Source of the DNA: Haemophilus parahaemolyticus
Lineage (GTDB): Bacteria > Pseudomonadota > Gammaproteobacteria > Enterobacterales > Pasteurellaceae
DNA length: 64,000 nt
Assembly (NCBI RefSeq): GCF_938021905.1
Contig: NZ_CALIFA010000030.1
Span: 22,483-86,482 of the forward strand
Direction of reading: 5' to 3'
The position numbers and the translations under genes are program-made. Below are positions 7,132-16,418 of this stretch, piece by piece. Numbering within the stretch: position 1 is the first letter of the stretch; each line of letters begins with the position of its first letter. Below the pieces are notes generated by a model. That model was not told where the DNA came from and did no database searches. It saw only the letters and a program-made list of their open reading frames with translations.

Positions 7132-8238
7132 ATGAAAAAAACGATGCAAACTCAAAGCACAATCTACCCTCCTATTTATGTGCTTGGCAACGGACAATTA
7201 GGCAGAATGCTACGTTATGCGGGGGCACCACTGGATATTGATGTTATCCCTCTCGCCTTTGATGCACCTGTCTTTGAACTGGCAGAAAACGGCATTATTA
7301 CCGCAGAAATCGAACGTTGGACAGATACACCGCTAACGCAGCTGCTTAGCAATCACAAAAACTTCGTGAACCTCAATGTGTTTGGGCGATTAGCCGATCG
7401 TTTCACGCAAAAATCATTACTTGATCAGCTTCATCTTTCTACTTCGCCTTGGCAATTACTAGAAAGCCCTAATCAATGGGAGCAAGTTTTCCAAAATATT
7501 GGTGAAAAAGTCGTGGTTAAACGCCGTACTGGTGGCTACGACGGACGAGGACAATGGATTGTCACCAAAGAAAATATCGAACAAATCACACCAGATCTGT
7601 TTGGTGAAGTGATTGCGGAGAAATTTATTCCGTTCGATGGCGAGATTTCGATTGTTGGAGCAAGATTTAGAGATGGTTCAACCCGTTTCTACCCTATTAC
7701 TCATAACCTACAACAAAATAGTATTTTGCGTTACAGCGTGTCAGATGTTACGCTGCCTAAACAAGTGATTTTCCAACAACAAGCCGAACAAATGCTAGGC
7801 AGCATTATGCAAGAACTAGAATATGTCGGTGTAATGGCAATGGAATGTTTTGTAGTAGGTGATAAATTGCTCATCAACGAACTTGCTCCACGCGTTCATA
7901 ATAGTGGACATTGGACGCAACTAGGCTGTTCAATTTCTCAATTCGAATTGCATTTAAGAGCGCTATTAGATCTCCCAACGCCAGAACTCGAAACCACTGT
8001 ACCAAGTGTAATGGTAAATCTTATCGGCATTGAACATAATAATGAATGGCTAAATTTACCGTTCTCACAACTGCATTGGTATGGCAAAGAGGTTCGTGCG
8101 GGTCGCAAAGTGGGGCATATTAATCTCACCCATCCAGATAAAGCAGAGTTGATTAAATTACTCGAACAACTCCGCCCTGCTCTTACCGAAGATTTTAATT
8201 CTGGATTGGATTGGGTAGTTGAAAAATTGAGAGTATAA
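7132..8238 (+). CDS. purK: N5-carboxyaminoimidazole ribonucleotide synthase
   Basis: 368 aa. ATP-grasp PurK, with an N-terminus similar to E. coli PurK. Confidence 0.9.
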   Translation: MKKTMQTQSTIYPPIYVLGNGQLGRMLRYAGAPLDIDVIPLAFDAPVFELAENGIITAEIERWTDTPLTQLLSNHKNFVNLNVFGRLADRFTQKSLLDQLHLSTSPWQLLESPNQWEQVFQNIGEKVVVKRRTGGYDGRGQWIVTKENIEQITPDLFGEVIAEKFIPFDGEISIVGARFRDGSTRFYPITHNLQQNSILRYSVSDVTLPKQVIFQQQAEQMLGSIMQELEYVGVMAMECFVVGDKLLINELAPRVHNSGHWTQLGCSISQFELHLRALLDLPTPELETTVPSVMVNLIGIEHNNEWLNLPFSQLHWYGKEVRAGRKVGHINLTHPDKAELIKLLEQLRPALTEDFNSGLDWVVEKLRV

Positions 8239-8242
8239 AGAA

Positions 8243-8267
8243 AGAGCAGGCAAATGCCTGCTTTTTA
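8243..8267. terminator. Terminator hairpin after purK (abuts the tsaB 3' end)
   Basis: agcaggcaaatgcctgct followed by tttt. Confidence 0.6.
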
Positions 8268-8963
8268 TTACTGCTTATGCGGCAACTTCTTCCAAGTGAC
8301 TTCATTGCGTAAATAAACAGGTTCAATTTCATCTACTGATTTCACATTGCCTTTCTCAATTTCTTGTTCGGCTAAAGCAAGCATATATTTTGCTGAAGGC
8401 AAAGTAATTTCACTGATTACAAGCGGTAGATTCTGCTCGGCAAATTGCGGATAAGCAACCCAACCTGTGCCCACCACGGTAATCTTTTCGTCATCTAATT
8501 GAAACTGCTCTAACGCACGTTCTGGCGAGCAAACTTGCTCTTTTACTTTCTCCAGCCAACCGTTTTCGGTACGAATTAATTGCGCAAAATAGACCTCGTT
8601 CATTCTGGCATCAATTAAGGCAATCACTTCTGTTGCACCTAGCTCTTGATAAGCCTGCTCTGCCATTGTGGTCAGATTTGAAATCGGCACAACATCAAGT
8701 TCTGCACCCAGTGCCAGACCTTGAGCTACCCCCACGCCTACACGTACGCCTGTAAAACTGCCAGGGCCTCGACCGAAGACTAAATAATCCAACTCTTTGA
8801 TAGAAAGATGAGCATTTTTTAATAAACCATCTACCATCGGTAAAATGCGTTGCGTGTGTGTTCTTGGGCTAAGTTCATCTTCAAAAGTGATATTGCCTTG
8901 ATGCAACAAAGCCACTGAACAAGCTTCAGTGGCAGTATCTAAGGCGAGAAGGGTATGATTCAT
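8268..8963 (-). CDS. tsaB: tRNA threonylcarbamoyladenosine biosynthesis protein TsaB (YeaZ)
   Basis: 231 aa. N-terminus MNHTLLALDTATEACSVAL, typical of TsaB/YeaZ. Confidence 0.85.
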   Translation of the reverse strand: MNHTLLALDTATEACSVALLHQGNITFEDELSPRTHTQRILPMVDGLLKNAHLSIKELDYLVFGRGPGSFTGVRVGVGVAQGLALGAELDVVPISNLTTMAEQAYQELGATEVIALIDARMNEVYFAQLIRTENGWLEKVKEQVCSPERALEQFQLDDEKITVVGTGWVAYPQFAEQNLPLVISEITLPSAKYMLALAEQEIEKGNVKSVDEIEPVYLRNEVTWKKLPHKQ

Positions 8964-8980
8964 TCTAAACTCTCTAATTT

Positions 8981-9053
8981 GTACGTAGGGGCGGGGCTTA
9001 TCCCTGCCCTTATAAAATGAAAATAGGACGGGGATAAACTCCGTCCTTACGAT
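8981..9053. repeat. Inverted pair of a REP-like approximately 28-nt stem-loop element
   Basis: 8981-9009 gtacgtaggggcggggcttatccctgccc is the reverse complement of a family member. 9026-9053 ggacggggataaactccgtccttacgat is a direct copy. A third copy lies at 22582-22609. Confidence 0.6.
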
Positions 9054-9068
9054 TTAATGCTTTAAAGA

Positions 9069-10151
9069 TTATTTTTGATGTTTACGACGACGCTCTTCAA
9101 CCGCTTCTGCTAAAGCGAATAGTGCTTTTTCGCTATCTTCCCAGCTTATGCAACCGTCGGTGATGCTTTGTCCGTAAACTAAATCTTCAAGCGTTTGACC
9201 TGATTTCAGATCTTGGCGACCTTCCACTAAGTGGCTTTCGATCATCACGCCAGAAATTAAATCCGAACCGCCAGCAATTTGTTTGCAAACATCTTCACAC
9301 ACATCCATTTGGCGCTTGAACTGCTTACTGCTGTTCGCGTGGCTGAAATCCACCATTACGTGTGGACGATGACCTGATTTTTCGATCTCTGCACACACTG
9401 CCGCAACTGATTCTGCATCATAATTTGTACCTTTCTCCCCGCCACGTAAAATGATATGGCAATCCTGATTGCCTTCAGTCGAGACGATTGCTGAATGGCC
9501 AAATTTGGTTACCGACAAGAAATGGTGCGGTGATTCTGCTGAAGCAATTGCATCTAATGCAATTTTTACGCTGCCATTGGTACCATTTTTGAAACCTACT
9601 GCACAAGATAAACCAGAGGCTAATTCACGGTGTACTTGTGATTCTGTCGTACGAGCACCAATTGCCCCCCAACTCATAAAGTCTGCCATATATTGTGGCG
9701 TGATCATATCCAAAAATTCACCCGCTGCTGGCACGCCTAAATCATTAATATCTGAAAGTACTTTACGACCTAAACGCAAACCATCGTTTAATGCGTAAGT
9801 TTCGTTCAAATATGGGTCATTGATTAAGCCTTTCCAGCCCACAGTAGTGCGTGGTTTTTCGAAATACACACGCATCACCACTTCAAGATTTTGATTAATT
9901 TTTGGATTTGCACGCATTGTTTTAATTCGATCAGCATATTCAAGTGCAGCTTTGGGGTCGTGGATCGAGCAAGGCCCAATCACCACTAATAAGCGATCAT
10001 CTGCACCGTGAATAATTCTGTGAATTGCTTGGCGTGTTTTTTCCACTGTTTCTGCTGCAAAATCGCTTGCAGGAAAACGCTCTAATAAAGCAATCGGTGG
10101 TAAAAGTTGTTCAATATTTTTAATACGAAGGTCATCATTTTTGTAAGACAT
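9069..10151 (-). CDS. aroG: 3-deoxy-7-phosphoheptulonate (DAHP) synthase, class I
   Basis: 360 aa. High similarity across the whole length to AroG/AroF/AroH. The gene_symbol aroG is provisional; the isozyme (AroG-, AroF- or AroH-type, i.e. which feedback inhibitor) cannot be told from sequence here. Confidence 0.85.
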   Translation of the reverse strand: MSYKNDDLRIKNIEQLLPPIALLERFPASDFAAETVEKTRQAIHRIIHGADDRLLVVIGPCSIHDPKAALEYADRIKTMRANPKINQNLEVVMRVYFEKPRTTVGWKGLINDPYLNETYALNDGLRLGRKVLSDINDLGVPAAGEFLDMITPQYMADFMSWGAIGARTTESQVHRELASGLSCAVGFKNGTNGSVKIALDAIASAESPHHFLSVTKFGHSAIVSTEGNQDCHIILRGGEKGTNYDAESVAAVCAEIEKSGHRPHVMVDFSHANSSKQFKRQMDVCEDVCKQIAGGSDLISGVMIESHLVEGRQDLKSGQTLEDLVYGQSITDGCISWEDSEKALFALAEAVEERRRKHQK

Positions 10152-10224
10152 TGTGTTCTCTCTTGTTGTGTTATGAGTAAGTGGCTATAAAGGTAGTGTA
10201 ATCAAATTAAAATGTCAAACACTT

Positions 10225-10244
10225 TGTACTATTATAGTAGTACA
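10225..10244. promoter_or_regulatory. TrpR-operator-like palindrome upstream of DAHP synthase
   Basis: TGTACTATTA|TAGTAGTACA, a 9/10 palindrome. GTACTA half-sites at 18-bp span, as in E. coli trp/aroH operators (GTACTAGTTAACTAGTAC). It lies 74-93 nt upstream of the start codon. Confidence 0.4.
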
Positions 10245-10352
10245 AAATTACTTTGATTAGTAAAATTTATACAAGTGGCATAAATAAGCGGTGATTCTAA
10301 CAAGATTTTTTGCAAAATACTCAGCAAAAATCGCCGCTTGTTTCTACCAACG

Positions 10353-13331
10353 TTACATAATTTCACGCTTACCGCGTTTATCTGGTGAAGACAAAATCCC
10401 CTCGCGTTCCATCTGGTCTAAAATACGTGCTGCACGGTTAAAACCTAAACGAAGATGACGTTGCAAACCACTAGCCGAAGTAATGCCTGTTTCTTGTACA
10501 AAAGCAACTACCTCATCAAAACGCTCATCTAAATCGCCACTACCGCCCGTCTCTCCTACCTCTTCATCGGCAGGCGACTCCAAAATACTCTCAATATATT
10601 CTGGCTTGCCTCGTGCTTTCCAGTTATCCGCCACATTCACGACATCATCATCGCTCATATAAGCCCCATGTACACGTACCAACTCTGGGCTACCTGCTTT
10701 GGAATAAAGCATATCGCCTCGACCTAGCAAATTTTCTGCACCAATGCTATCTAAAATAGTGCGAGAATCGTAAGGGCTTGCTACCGTAAACGCAATACGG
10801 CTTGGAATATTCGCTTTAATCACGCCTGTAATGACATCGGTTGATGGGCGTTGCGTTGCCAAAATTAGATGGATACCAATTGCACGTGCTTTTTGTGAAA
10901 TACGCATAATGTATTCTTCCACCTCTTTGCCTGCGGTCATCATCAGATCAGCAAACTCATCCACCACCAAAACAATGTAGCTGAGTTTGCCCAACGCAGG
11001 CGGCATTTTATCCATTGAATCGCCCTCTTTCCAACTTGGATCCGCAATTGGCATTCCCATTGCTTCAGCTTCATCAATTTTATTATTGTAGCCTGTAATA
11101 TTACGCACATTTAAATGAGTCAGTAAAGTGTAGCGACGCTCCATCTCATCTACTGCCCAGCACAAGGCATTTGCCGCCTTTTTCATATCGGTTACCACTG
11201 GCGTTAGCAAGTGTGGAATATCGTTATACACCGAAAGTTCAACCTGTTTCGGATCAATCATAATCAAGCGAACTTGTTCAGGTGTGAGCTTATAAAGCAA
11301 GCTCAAAATCATTGTATTGATCCCAACCGATTTACCGCCCCCCGTTTGTCCTGCCACAAGCAAATGTGGTGTATCCACCATATCCATAATCACAGGTTTA
11401 TTCGCCAAATCTTTCCCCAAAATCATCGGCAATTTGGCTTCGGTATAACGGAATTCATCGCTTGCGATCAAATCTCGCAACCACACAATTTCACGATGTG
11501 GATTCGGTACTTCAATGCCCATATAAGGCTTACCTGGCACCACATCGGTAATACGAATGGTAGACATCATTTCACGAGCTAAATCACTCGCTAAAGAGGT
11601 GATTTTTGCCGCTTTTACCCCCACTGCGGGTTTAATTTCGTAACGGGTTACCACAGGCCCCACTAATACATCTTCAACCGTTGCTTTTACGCCATAGTTT
11701 GCCAATGCAGTTTCAATGCGGCGAGATGTCGCAATAATTTCTCCTTCTGTCATCTGCTGACCACTTGGTTGATGCTCTTCCAATAAATCTAATGTGGGTA
11801 ATGGGGTTGTTGGTTTTTCCAATTTTTTACTGCCTTGCAATAATGGATGAATTAAGGTTTCGCCATAGCCACCTCGGGGATAGTCGGGGGGGGTATTCCC
11901 TTCCACTCCCACCGTTGCTTTTAATGGCGTTGTAAATTTTGATGGCGTAGGTTCTGTGCGAATTTGCACATTAGTTGGTAAAGTCGTTTCAAAATGGCTT
12001 GAACCTTCCGTAATCTTATTAAAAGTATGCTCTAAGCCTACCGCTTTTGCTCGAGCCTCAAGTTCTGCTAAACGCTGGCGTTCCATTTCCGCAAACTCAC
12101 GTTCACGAATCGCATCAAAATCTTCATCTTGCTCTTCGCTTTCTTCCGTCTCCGCCATCACTTTAATCACAGGTGACGATTGCATAAAATGCGGCATTTC
12201 AGGCTCAAATGCCACTTGCTCAGCCATATCAAGTTCAGGATCTTCATTTACTAAACGCACACTAATTTGGGGTTGCACAGTCGAATTTGCGAGATTTTCT
12301 GCAAAATCCACCGCTTGTTCTACGCTCTCCGCTTGTGGTTCAATCGGATTTAAACGCACTTTGGGTAGTTCAACATTCAACCCAATCTTATTTTCGGTTT
12401 TGGCTGGCAGCACTTCCGTTTCAATCTCAGGTAAATTAATTTTCGGCAGTGGAAGCTCTGTATGAATATCGGCAGGATTAAACAAATGCATCTCCGCTGT
12501 TTCCACAACCATCGTTGGCTTCATTTCAGAAGAAGGCTCAGCGGAAACCTTTTCAATAGAAGAAGATTGATGTAGCCCACTGATATTTGGGCGTTTAAAT
12601 ATTGTAAGATCTGTTAACTGTTCACCTATCGAAATGACAGTGTCTACATGCTCGTCTGTTGGTTCTTCAGCTGCAAGCGGTGAGTTTTCACTACCTAATT
12701 GCAAATCATCTTCGGTTGGCTTAACTTCGGCTACGGATTTAACTTGCAAAGGTTTTTCTTCCGCTGTAGCATCTTTCGCATTTACCCAATCATAGAAATG
12801 AATTAATAATGGAATAAGGGTTTGACCTGAGCAGAAATAGAATCCAGTTACAGTCAACAACATTGCCACGAACAAACCACCGAATTGTCCGATATGCTCA
12901 CTCATCAAGCCTTGACTCATCGCCCCTACAAAACCGCCCGCCAGATAATTCGGCGTGTTCGATAAAATCGTATTCGCTAAGCCTGCCAAACCAATCATCA
13001 GCATAAAAAAGCTCAAACTACGGAGCAAAAGGCCTTTCAAGGTTGCATTTGCTGCCCCTTGTGTGAGTAACATATAAGCAGAAAATCCCGTTAAACTAAA
13101 CGGCAAGAGAAATGCCACTTTGCCAAAAAAAGCATAAAGCAAATCGATCATCCATGCCCCAAACACCCCCGTTTTATTTAACGGCTCACTCGTAGCGGTA
13201 CTCGCTACCGACCACGCATTATCTAACGGGCTATAACTTGCCCAAGCGAGAATAAGATAAATCCCAAACAAGCCACAAAAGGCAAAAAGAAAATTAAAGG
13301 CGGTTTCTTTTCCTTTAAGTCGTCTAATCAC
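10353..13331 (-). CDS. ftsK: DNA translocase FtsK
   Basis: 992 aa. N-terminal multi-TM region, a long Pro/Glu-rich linker, then the C-terminal motor with Walker A (GQTGGGKS) and the gamma domain. Confidence 0.95.
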   Translation of the reverse strand: MIRRLKGKETAFNFLFAFCGLFGIYLILAWASYSPLDNAWSVASTATSEPLNKTGVFGAWMIDLLYAFFGKVAFLLPFSLTGFSAYMLLTQGAANATLKGLLLRSLSFFMLMIGLAGLANTILSNTPNYLAGGFVGAMSQGLMSEHIGQFGGLFVAMLLTVTGFYFCSGQTLIPLLIHFYDWVNAKDATAEEKPLQVKSVAEVKPTEDDLQLGSENSPLAAEEPTDEHVDTVISIGEQLTDLTIFKRPNISGLHQSSSIEKVSAEPSSEMKPTMVVETAEMHLFNPADIHTELPLPKINLPEIETEVLPAKTENKIGLNVELPKVRLNPIEPQAESVEQAVDFAENLANSTVQPQISVRLVNEDPELDMAEQVAFEPEMPHFMQSSPVIKVMAETEESEEQDEDFDAIREREFAEMERQRLAELEARAKAVGLEHTFNKITEGSSHFETTLPTNVQIRTEPTPSKFTTPLKATVGVEGNTPPDYPRGGYGETLIHPLLQGSKKLEKPTTPLPTLDLLEEHQPSGQQMTEGEIIATSRRIETALANYGVKATVEDVLVGPVVTRYEIKPAVGVKAAKITSLASDLAREMMSTIRITDVVPGKPYMGIEVPNPHREIVWLRDLIASDEFRYTEAKLPMILGKDLANKPVIMDMVDTPHLLVAGQTGGGKSVGINTMILSLLYKLTPEQVRLIMIDPKQVELSVYNDIPHLLTPVVTDMKKAANALCWAVDEMERRYTLLTHLNVRNITGYNNKIDEAEAMGMPIADPSWKEGDSMDKMPPALGKLSYIVLVVDEFADLMMTAGKEVEEYIMRISQKARAIGIHLILATQRPSTDVITGVIKANIPSRIAFTVASPYDSRTILDSIGAENLLGRGDMLYSKAGSPELVRVHGAYMSDDDVVNVADNWKARGKPEYIESILESPADEEVGETGGSGDLDERFDEVVAFVQETGITSASGLQRHLRLGFNRAARILDQMEREGILSSPDKRGKREIM

Positions 13332-13342
13332 AATGTTTCCTT

Positions 13343-13825
13343 TTATTTAAGCAACAAATAATTTGTCTGTTTCACTTCTTCCATTACCACATAAGTGCGA
13401 GTATCGTTCACACCTGGTAAACGCAAAAGTGTCGTACCAAGCAACTTACGATAAGCCGCCATATCGGCAACTCTCGTTTTGAGTAAATAGTCGAAATCGC
13501 CCGAAACTAAATGGCACTCTTGGATTTCATCTAACTGCTGCACCGCTTGGTTAAATTCCTCAAATACATCAGGCTTACCACGCACCAGCGTAATTTCCAC
13601 AATAACTAAAAGCGGTGCTTCCAGCAGTTCAGGATTGAGCAAGGCACGATAGCCCATAATCACGTTCTGTTTTTCTAAACGTTTAACCCGTTCAAGACAA
13701 GGCGTTGGCGAAAGCCCTACTCTTTTAGAAAGTTCGATGTTAGAAATTTTGCCGTTGCGTTGGAGTTCATTCAGAATTTTTAAATCAATCGCATCTAATG
13801 CTCGGGGTAATTTTTTTGCTTCCAT
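13343..13825 (-). CDS. lrp: Leucine-responsive regulatory protein
   Basis: 160 aa. Near-identical in its core to E. coli Lrp (ISNIELSKRVGLSPTPCLERVKRLE...CHLVSGDFDYLLKTRV). Confidence 0.95.
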   Translation of the reverse strand: MEAKKLPRALDAIDLKILNELQRNGKISNIELSKRVGLSPTPCLERVKRLEKQNVIMGYRALLNPELLEAPLLVIVEITLVRGKPDVFEEFNQAVQQLDEIQECHLVSGDFDYLLKTRVADMAAYRKLLGTTLLRLPGVNDTRTYVVMEEVKQTNYLLLK

Positions 13826-13840
13826 AGTGTTTATCTCATT

Positions 13841-14959
13841 TTAATTAAATACATTCACCAATTGCTTGCCATATTCTTTTCGCCAACCACATAATAACTC
13901 TGGCAAACGATCAGAAGATCGCCCTTTAATATGCCAATTAAACAGCTGATTTAACTGACGCTTACTTGCCACCAGTTCAGCAGGCAGATCAAGCGGTCGA
14001 ATTTCGGCAAGTTTTTGCTGCAAGGCTTTTAAGCTATATTTGTAATTAGGCTCATCCATTAAACGTACAATTTTGACAGGATAAAGTTCCATAGGGGTAT
14101 TCAAGCCTTGCTCTACTAAACGTAAGATTTTTTTGCCGTGTCTGCGAACTTCATTCGGGTGCATAAAATCTAACAATTGCGAAGGATTTTTCGGTAATGT
14201 ACGAGCAATTTCATATAAATTCGATTCTTTTACCACAAAATTCAAAGCTAAATTGCGGCTTTGTGCCTCTTCCGCCCGCCATTTTGCCAGTAATTTTAAC
14301 ACAGCTAGCTGCTGCGGTTCTAACCGCCACGCATTTGAAATTTTGATGTAAGCTTTGTCTAAATCTTCCTCGCGTTCACGCTTCGTTAAAAAAGCGGAAC
14401 ACTCTTCATTCACGGCATTTTGCCAGTTTGTTTGAGCCAATTCTGTCTGCATTTTCTGATAAATCGGCAACAAATACCATACATCCGCTGCGGCATATTG
14501 CAATTGGGTTTCACTTAATGGACGGGCAAGCCAATCTGTGCGTGAAGCTCCTTTGTCGAGCTTAACATCTAAATAATGCAACACTAATTTAGCAAAGCCA
14601 ACGGATGTACCTAAATTTAAGAAAGTTGCCATTACTTGCGTATCTACCAACGGTGTAGGCAATTGGTTAAAAGCACATTCAAACACTTCCAAATCTTCAC
14701 TGCAAGCGTGTAACACTTTGATGACTTTTTGATCCGCAAGCAATGCAACAAAAGGACTGAAATCGTTAATCACCGTTGGATCAATCAAACTGACTTGCTT
14801 ACCATCAAATAGCTGAATTAACCCCAATTTCGGGTAAAACGTTCGCTCGCGGATAAATTCCGTATCCAATGCTACTGCAGATACTTGGCGGGCATTTTGA
14901 CAAACTTCAGCTAATTGCTGCTCATTTTCCACCCAAAGGTAGTGAATTGATGAATTCAT
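13841..14959 (-). CDS. rnd: Ribonuclease D
   Basis: 372 aa. 3'-5' exonuclease DEDDy domain (ALDTEF) plus HRDC. Confidence 0.85.
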   Translation of the reverse strand: MNSSIHYLWVENEQQLAEVCQNARQVSAVALDTEFIRERTFYPKLGLIQLFDGKQVSLIDPTVINDFSPFVALLADQKVIKVLHACSEDLEVFECAFNQLPTPLVDTQVMATFLNLGTSVGFAKLVLHYLDVKLDKGASRTDWLARPLSETQLQYAAADVWYLLPIYQKMQTELAQTNWQNAVNEECSAFLTKREREEDLDKAYIKISNAWRLEPQQLAVLKLLAKWRAEEAQSRNLALNFVVKESNLYEIARTLPKNPSQLLDFMHPNEVRRHGKKILRLVEQGLNTPMELYPVKIVRLMDEPNYKYSLKALQQKLAEIRPLDLPAELVASKRQLNQLFNWHIKGRSSDRLPELLCGWRKEYGKQLVNVFN

Positions 14960-15112
14960 TTCGGCTTTTCTCGTGATTTTCTTTAAATTTAAAAATAAAT
15001 ATGTGAACTAGATCACATTATGCGGATAAATTGGTTGTACTTCTACAAAATTCCCGCAAAATATAAAAACAAATGGAGCAAATAAAAAATAAATTATGGA
15101 GAACGTCAATTA

Positions 15113-16315
15113 ATGATTACTAGCAATAAAATTCAAAATATAGGTAATATTTATCGTCTAACCGAACAGTTTGAGCTCATCTCTCGTACTGATCTTGCTA
15201 AACTCTCAGGGCTTGCCCCCGCTTCAATTACCAACATTACAAAACAGTTGATTGATAAACAATTTATTCTAGAATGTAGCGTGCAAGATTGTAACTCTCG
15301 CGGCAGACCAGCAGTCGGGCTTTCTGTTTCTACTTTTTTCTGGAAACAGCTCTGCCTCACGATTTTTGCAGACCATCTTACCATTTCGCTTTGTAAATTA
15401 GATGGCTCAGTCATTCATCGCCAAGATTATACCTTTTCTTTAAGCGATTATCCTAACTTAGATGAGATTATTGCCGAAAACTTGCAAAATTTCCGTCAAA
15501 ATCAACCGCTTAACGATGCCCAAATCCTTGCGCTTTCCATTGCGGTTGTTGGACGCATTAACGCTGAGAAAAACGCCATCGTTCAACTTGGGCAACATTT
15601 TTTGAAATGTCGCATTGTTGAGAAATTACAAGCGATCTATTCTCAACCGATTTTGCTCAATGAGCATTTCCATCTCTGGCTATTGGCGGAATCTACGCTA
15701 GGTAGTTTAATTGGCGATGATAATGTGATCTTCTTACAAGTCGATGATGCGATTCGTCTCAGCATTCTGTTGCGTGGTGCGTTATTACACGAGCAGAATA
15801 TGAATGTAGATCATATGCTTATGCCTCGTTTTAGTACATTAAGTGATGAGATTTACCCTGAATTAGACAGCATCGAACGCTATCAACTCAACAATCAAGC
15901 GAGCTTACAAGCGTTAATTCAATTGATCGACAAACATCTACCCAAAAACTTTGAGATGGATGACGAGCATTTGAAAGAGGCAAAAATTAGCCATTTCTGC
16001 GAACAAGTGGAAGCAAAAAATCCAACAGCACTGGCTATTTTAGAGCATATTAGTAGCAATTTAGCCTATATGTTAATGAATTTAGTCAATATTTTCTCTA
16101 CCGAAAAAATTTTGTTTGATTCTCCACTACTACGCATTAAAGCCCCTCTCTTTGAGCAAATTACACAAAATTTGAATGAAAAAATGCTCAATCGCGATCT
16201 CAATGTGCAATTAGTGACAAGCCATTTTGATAAAAACAGCACGTTGATCCCGTGTGCAATGATAAAACAGGGAATTTATGAAGGAAGTTTGATCAAGAAC
16301 ATAATTCCTGATTAA
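15113..16315 (+). CDS. ROK-family transcriptional regulator (Mlc/NagC-like)
   Basis: 400 aa. N-terminal HTH (RTDLAKLSGLAPASITNITKQL) plus a ROK sugar-kinase-like domain. Confidence 0.7.
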   Translation: MITSNKIQNIGNIYRLTEQFELISRTDLAKLSGLAPASITNITKQLIDKQFILECSVQDCNSRGRPAVGLSVSTFFWKQLCLTIFADHLTISLCKLDGSVIHRQDYTFSLSDYPNLDEIIAENLQNFRQNQPLNDAQILALSIAVVGRINAEKNAIVQLGQHFLKCRIVEKLQAIYSQPILLNEHFHLWLLAESTLGSLIGDDNVIFLQVDDAIRLSILLRGALLHEQNMNVDHMLMPRFSTLSDEIYPELDSIERYQLNNQASLQALIQLIDKHLPKNFEMDDEHLKEAKISHFCEQVEAKNPTALAILEHISSNLAYMLMNLVNIFSTEKILFDSPLLRIKAPLFEQITQNLNEKMLNRDLNVQLVTSHFDKNSTLIPCAMIKQGIYEGSLIKNIIPD

Positions 16316-16345
16316 AAAATTTGATAAACTAAAGGGTATTCATCC

Positions 16346-16376
16346 GGTGGGTCTTAAGCCCACCATTTTCTATTTT
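16346..16376 (+). terminator. Rho-independent terminator after the ROK regulator gene
   Basis: ggtgggtcttaagcccacc followed by attttctatttt. Confidence 0.65.
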
Positions 16377-16418
16377 ATTTCTTGGTGAATTAAAAACCAG
16401 CTAATCAAAGGATACCCT

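Noticed and set aside
9469-12465. Several 100-170-aa antisense ORFs inside the DAHP synthase gene and ftsK (9469-9798, 11211-11582, 11956-12465)
   Set aside because: They are all embedded antisense in highly conserved genes. The 11956-12465 frame is Ser-rich because it mirrors the Glu/Asp-rich FtsK linker.
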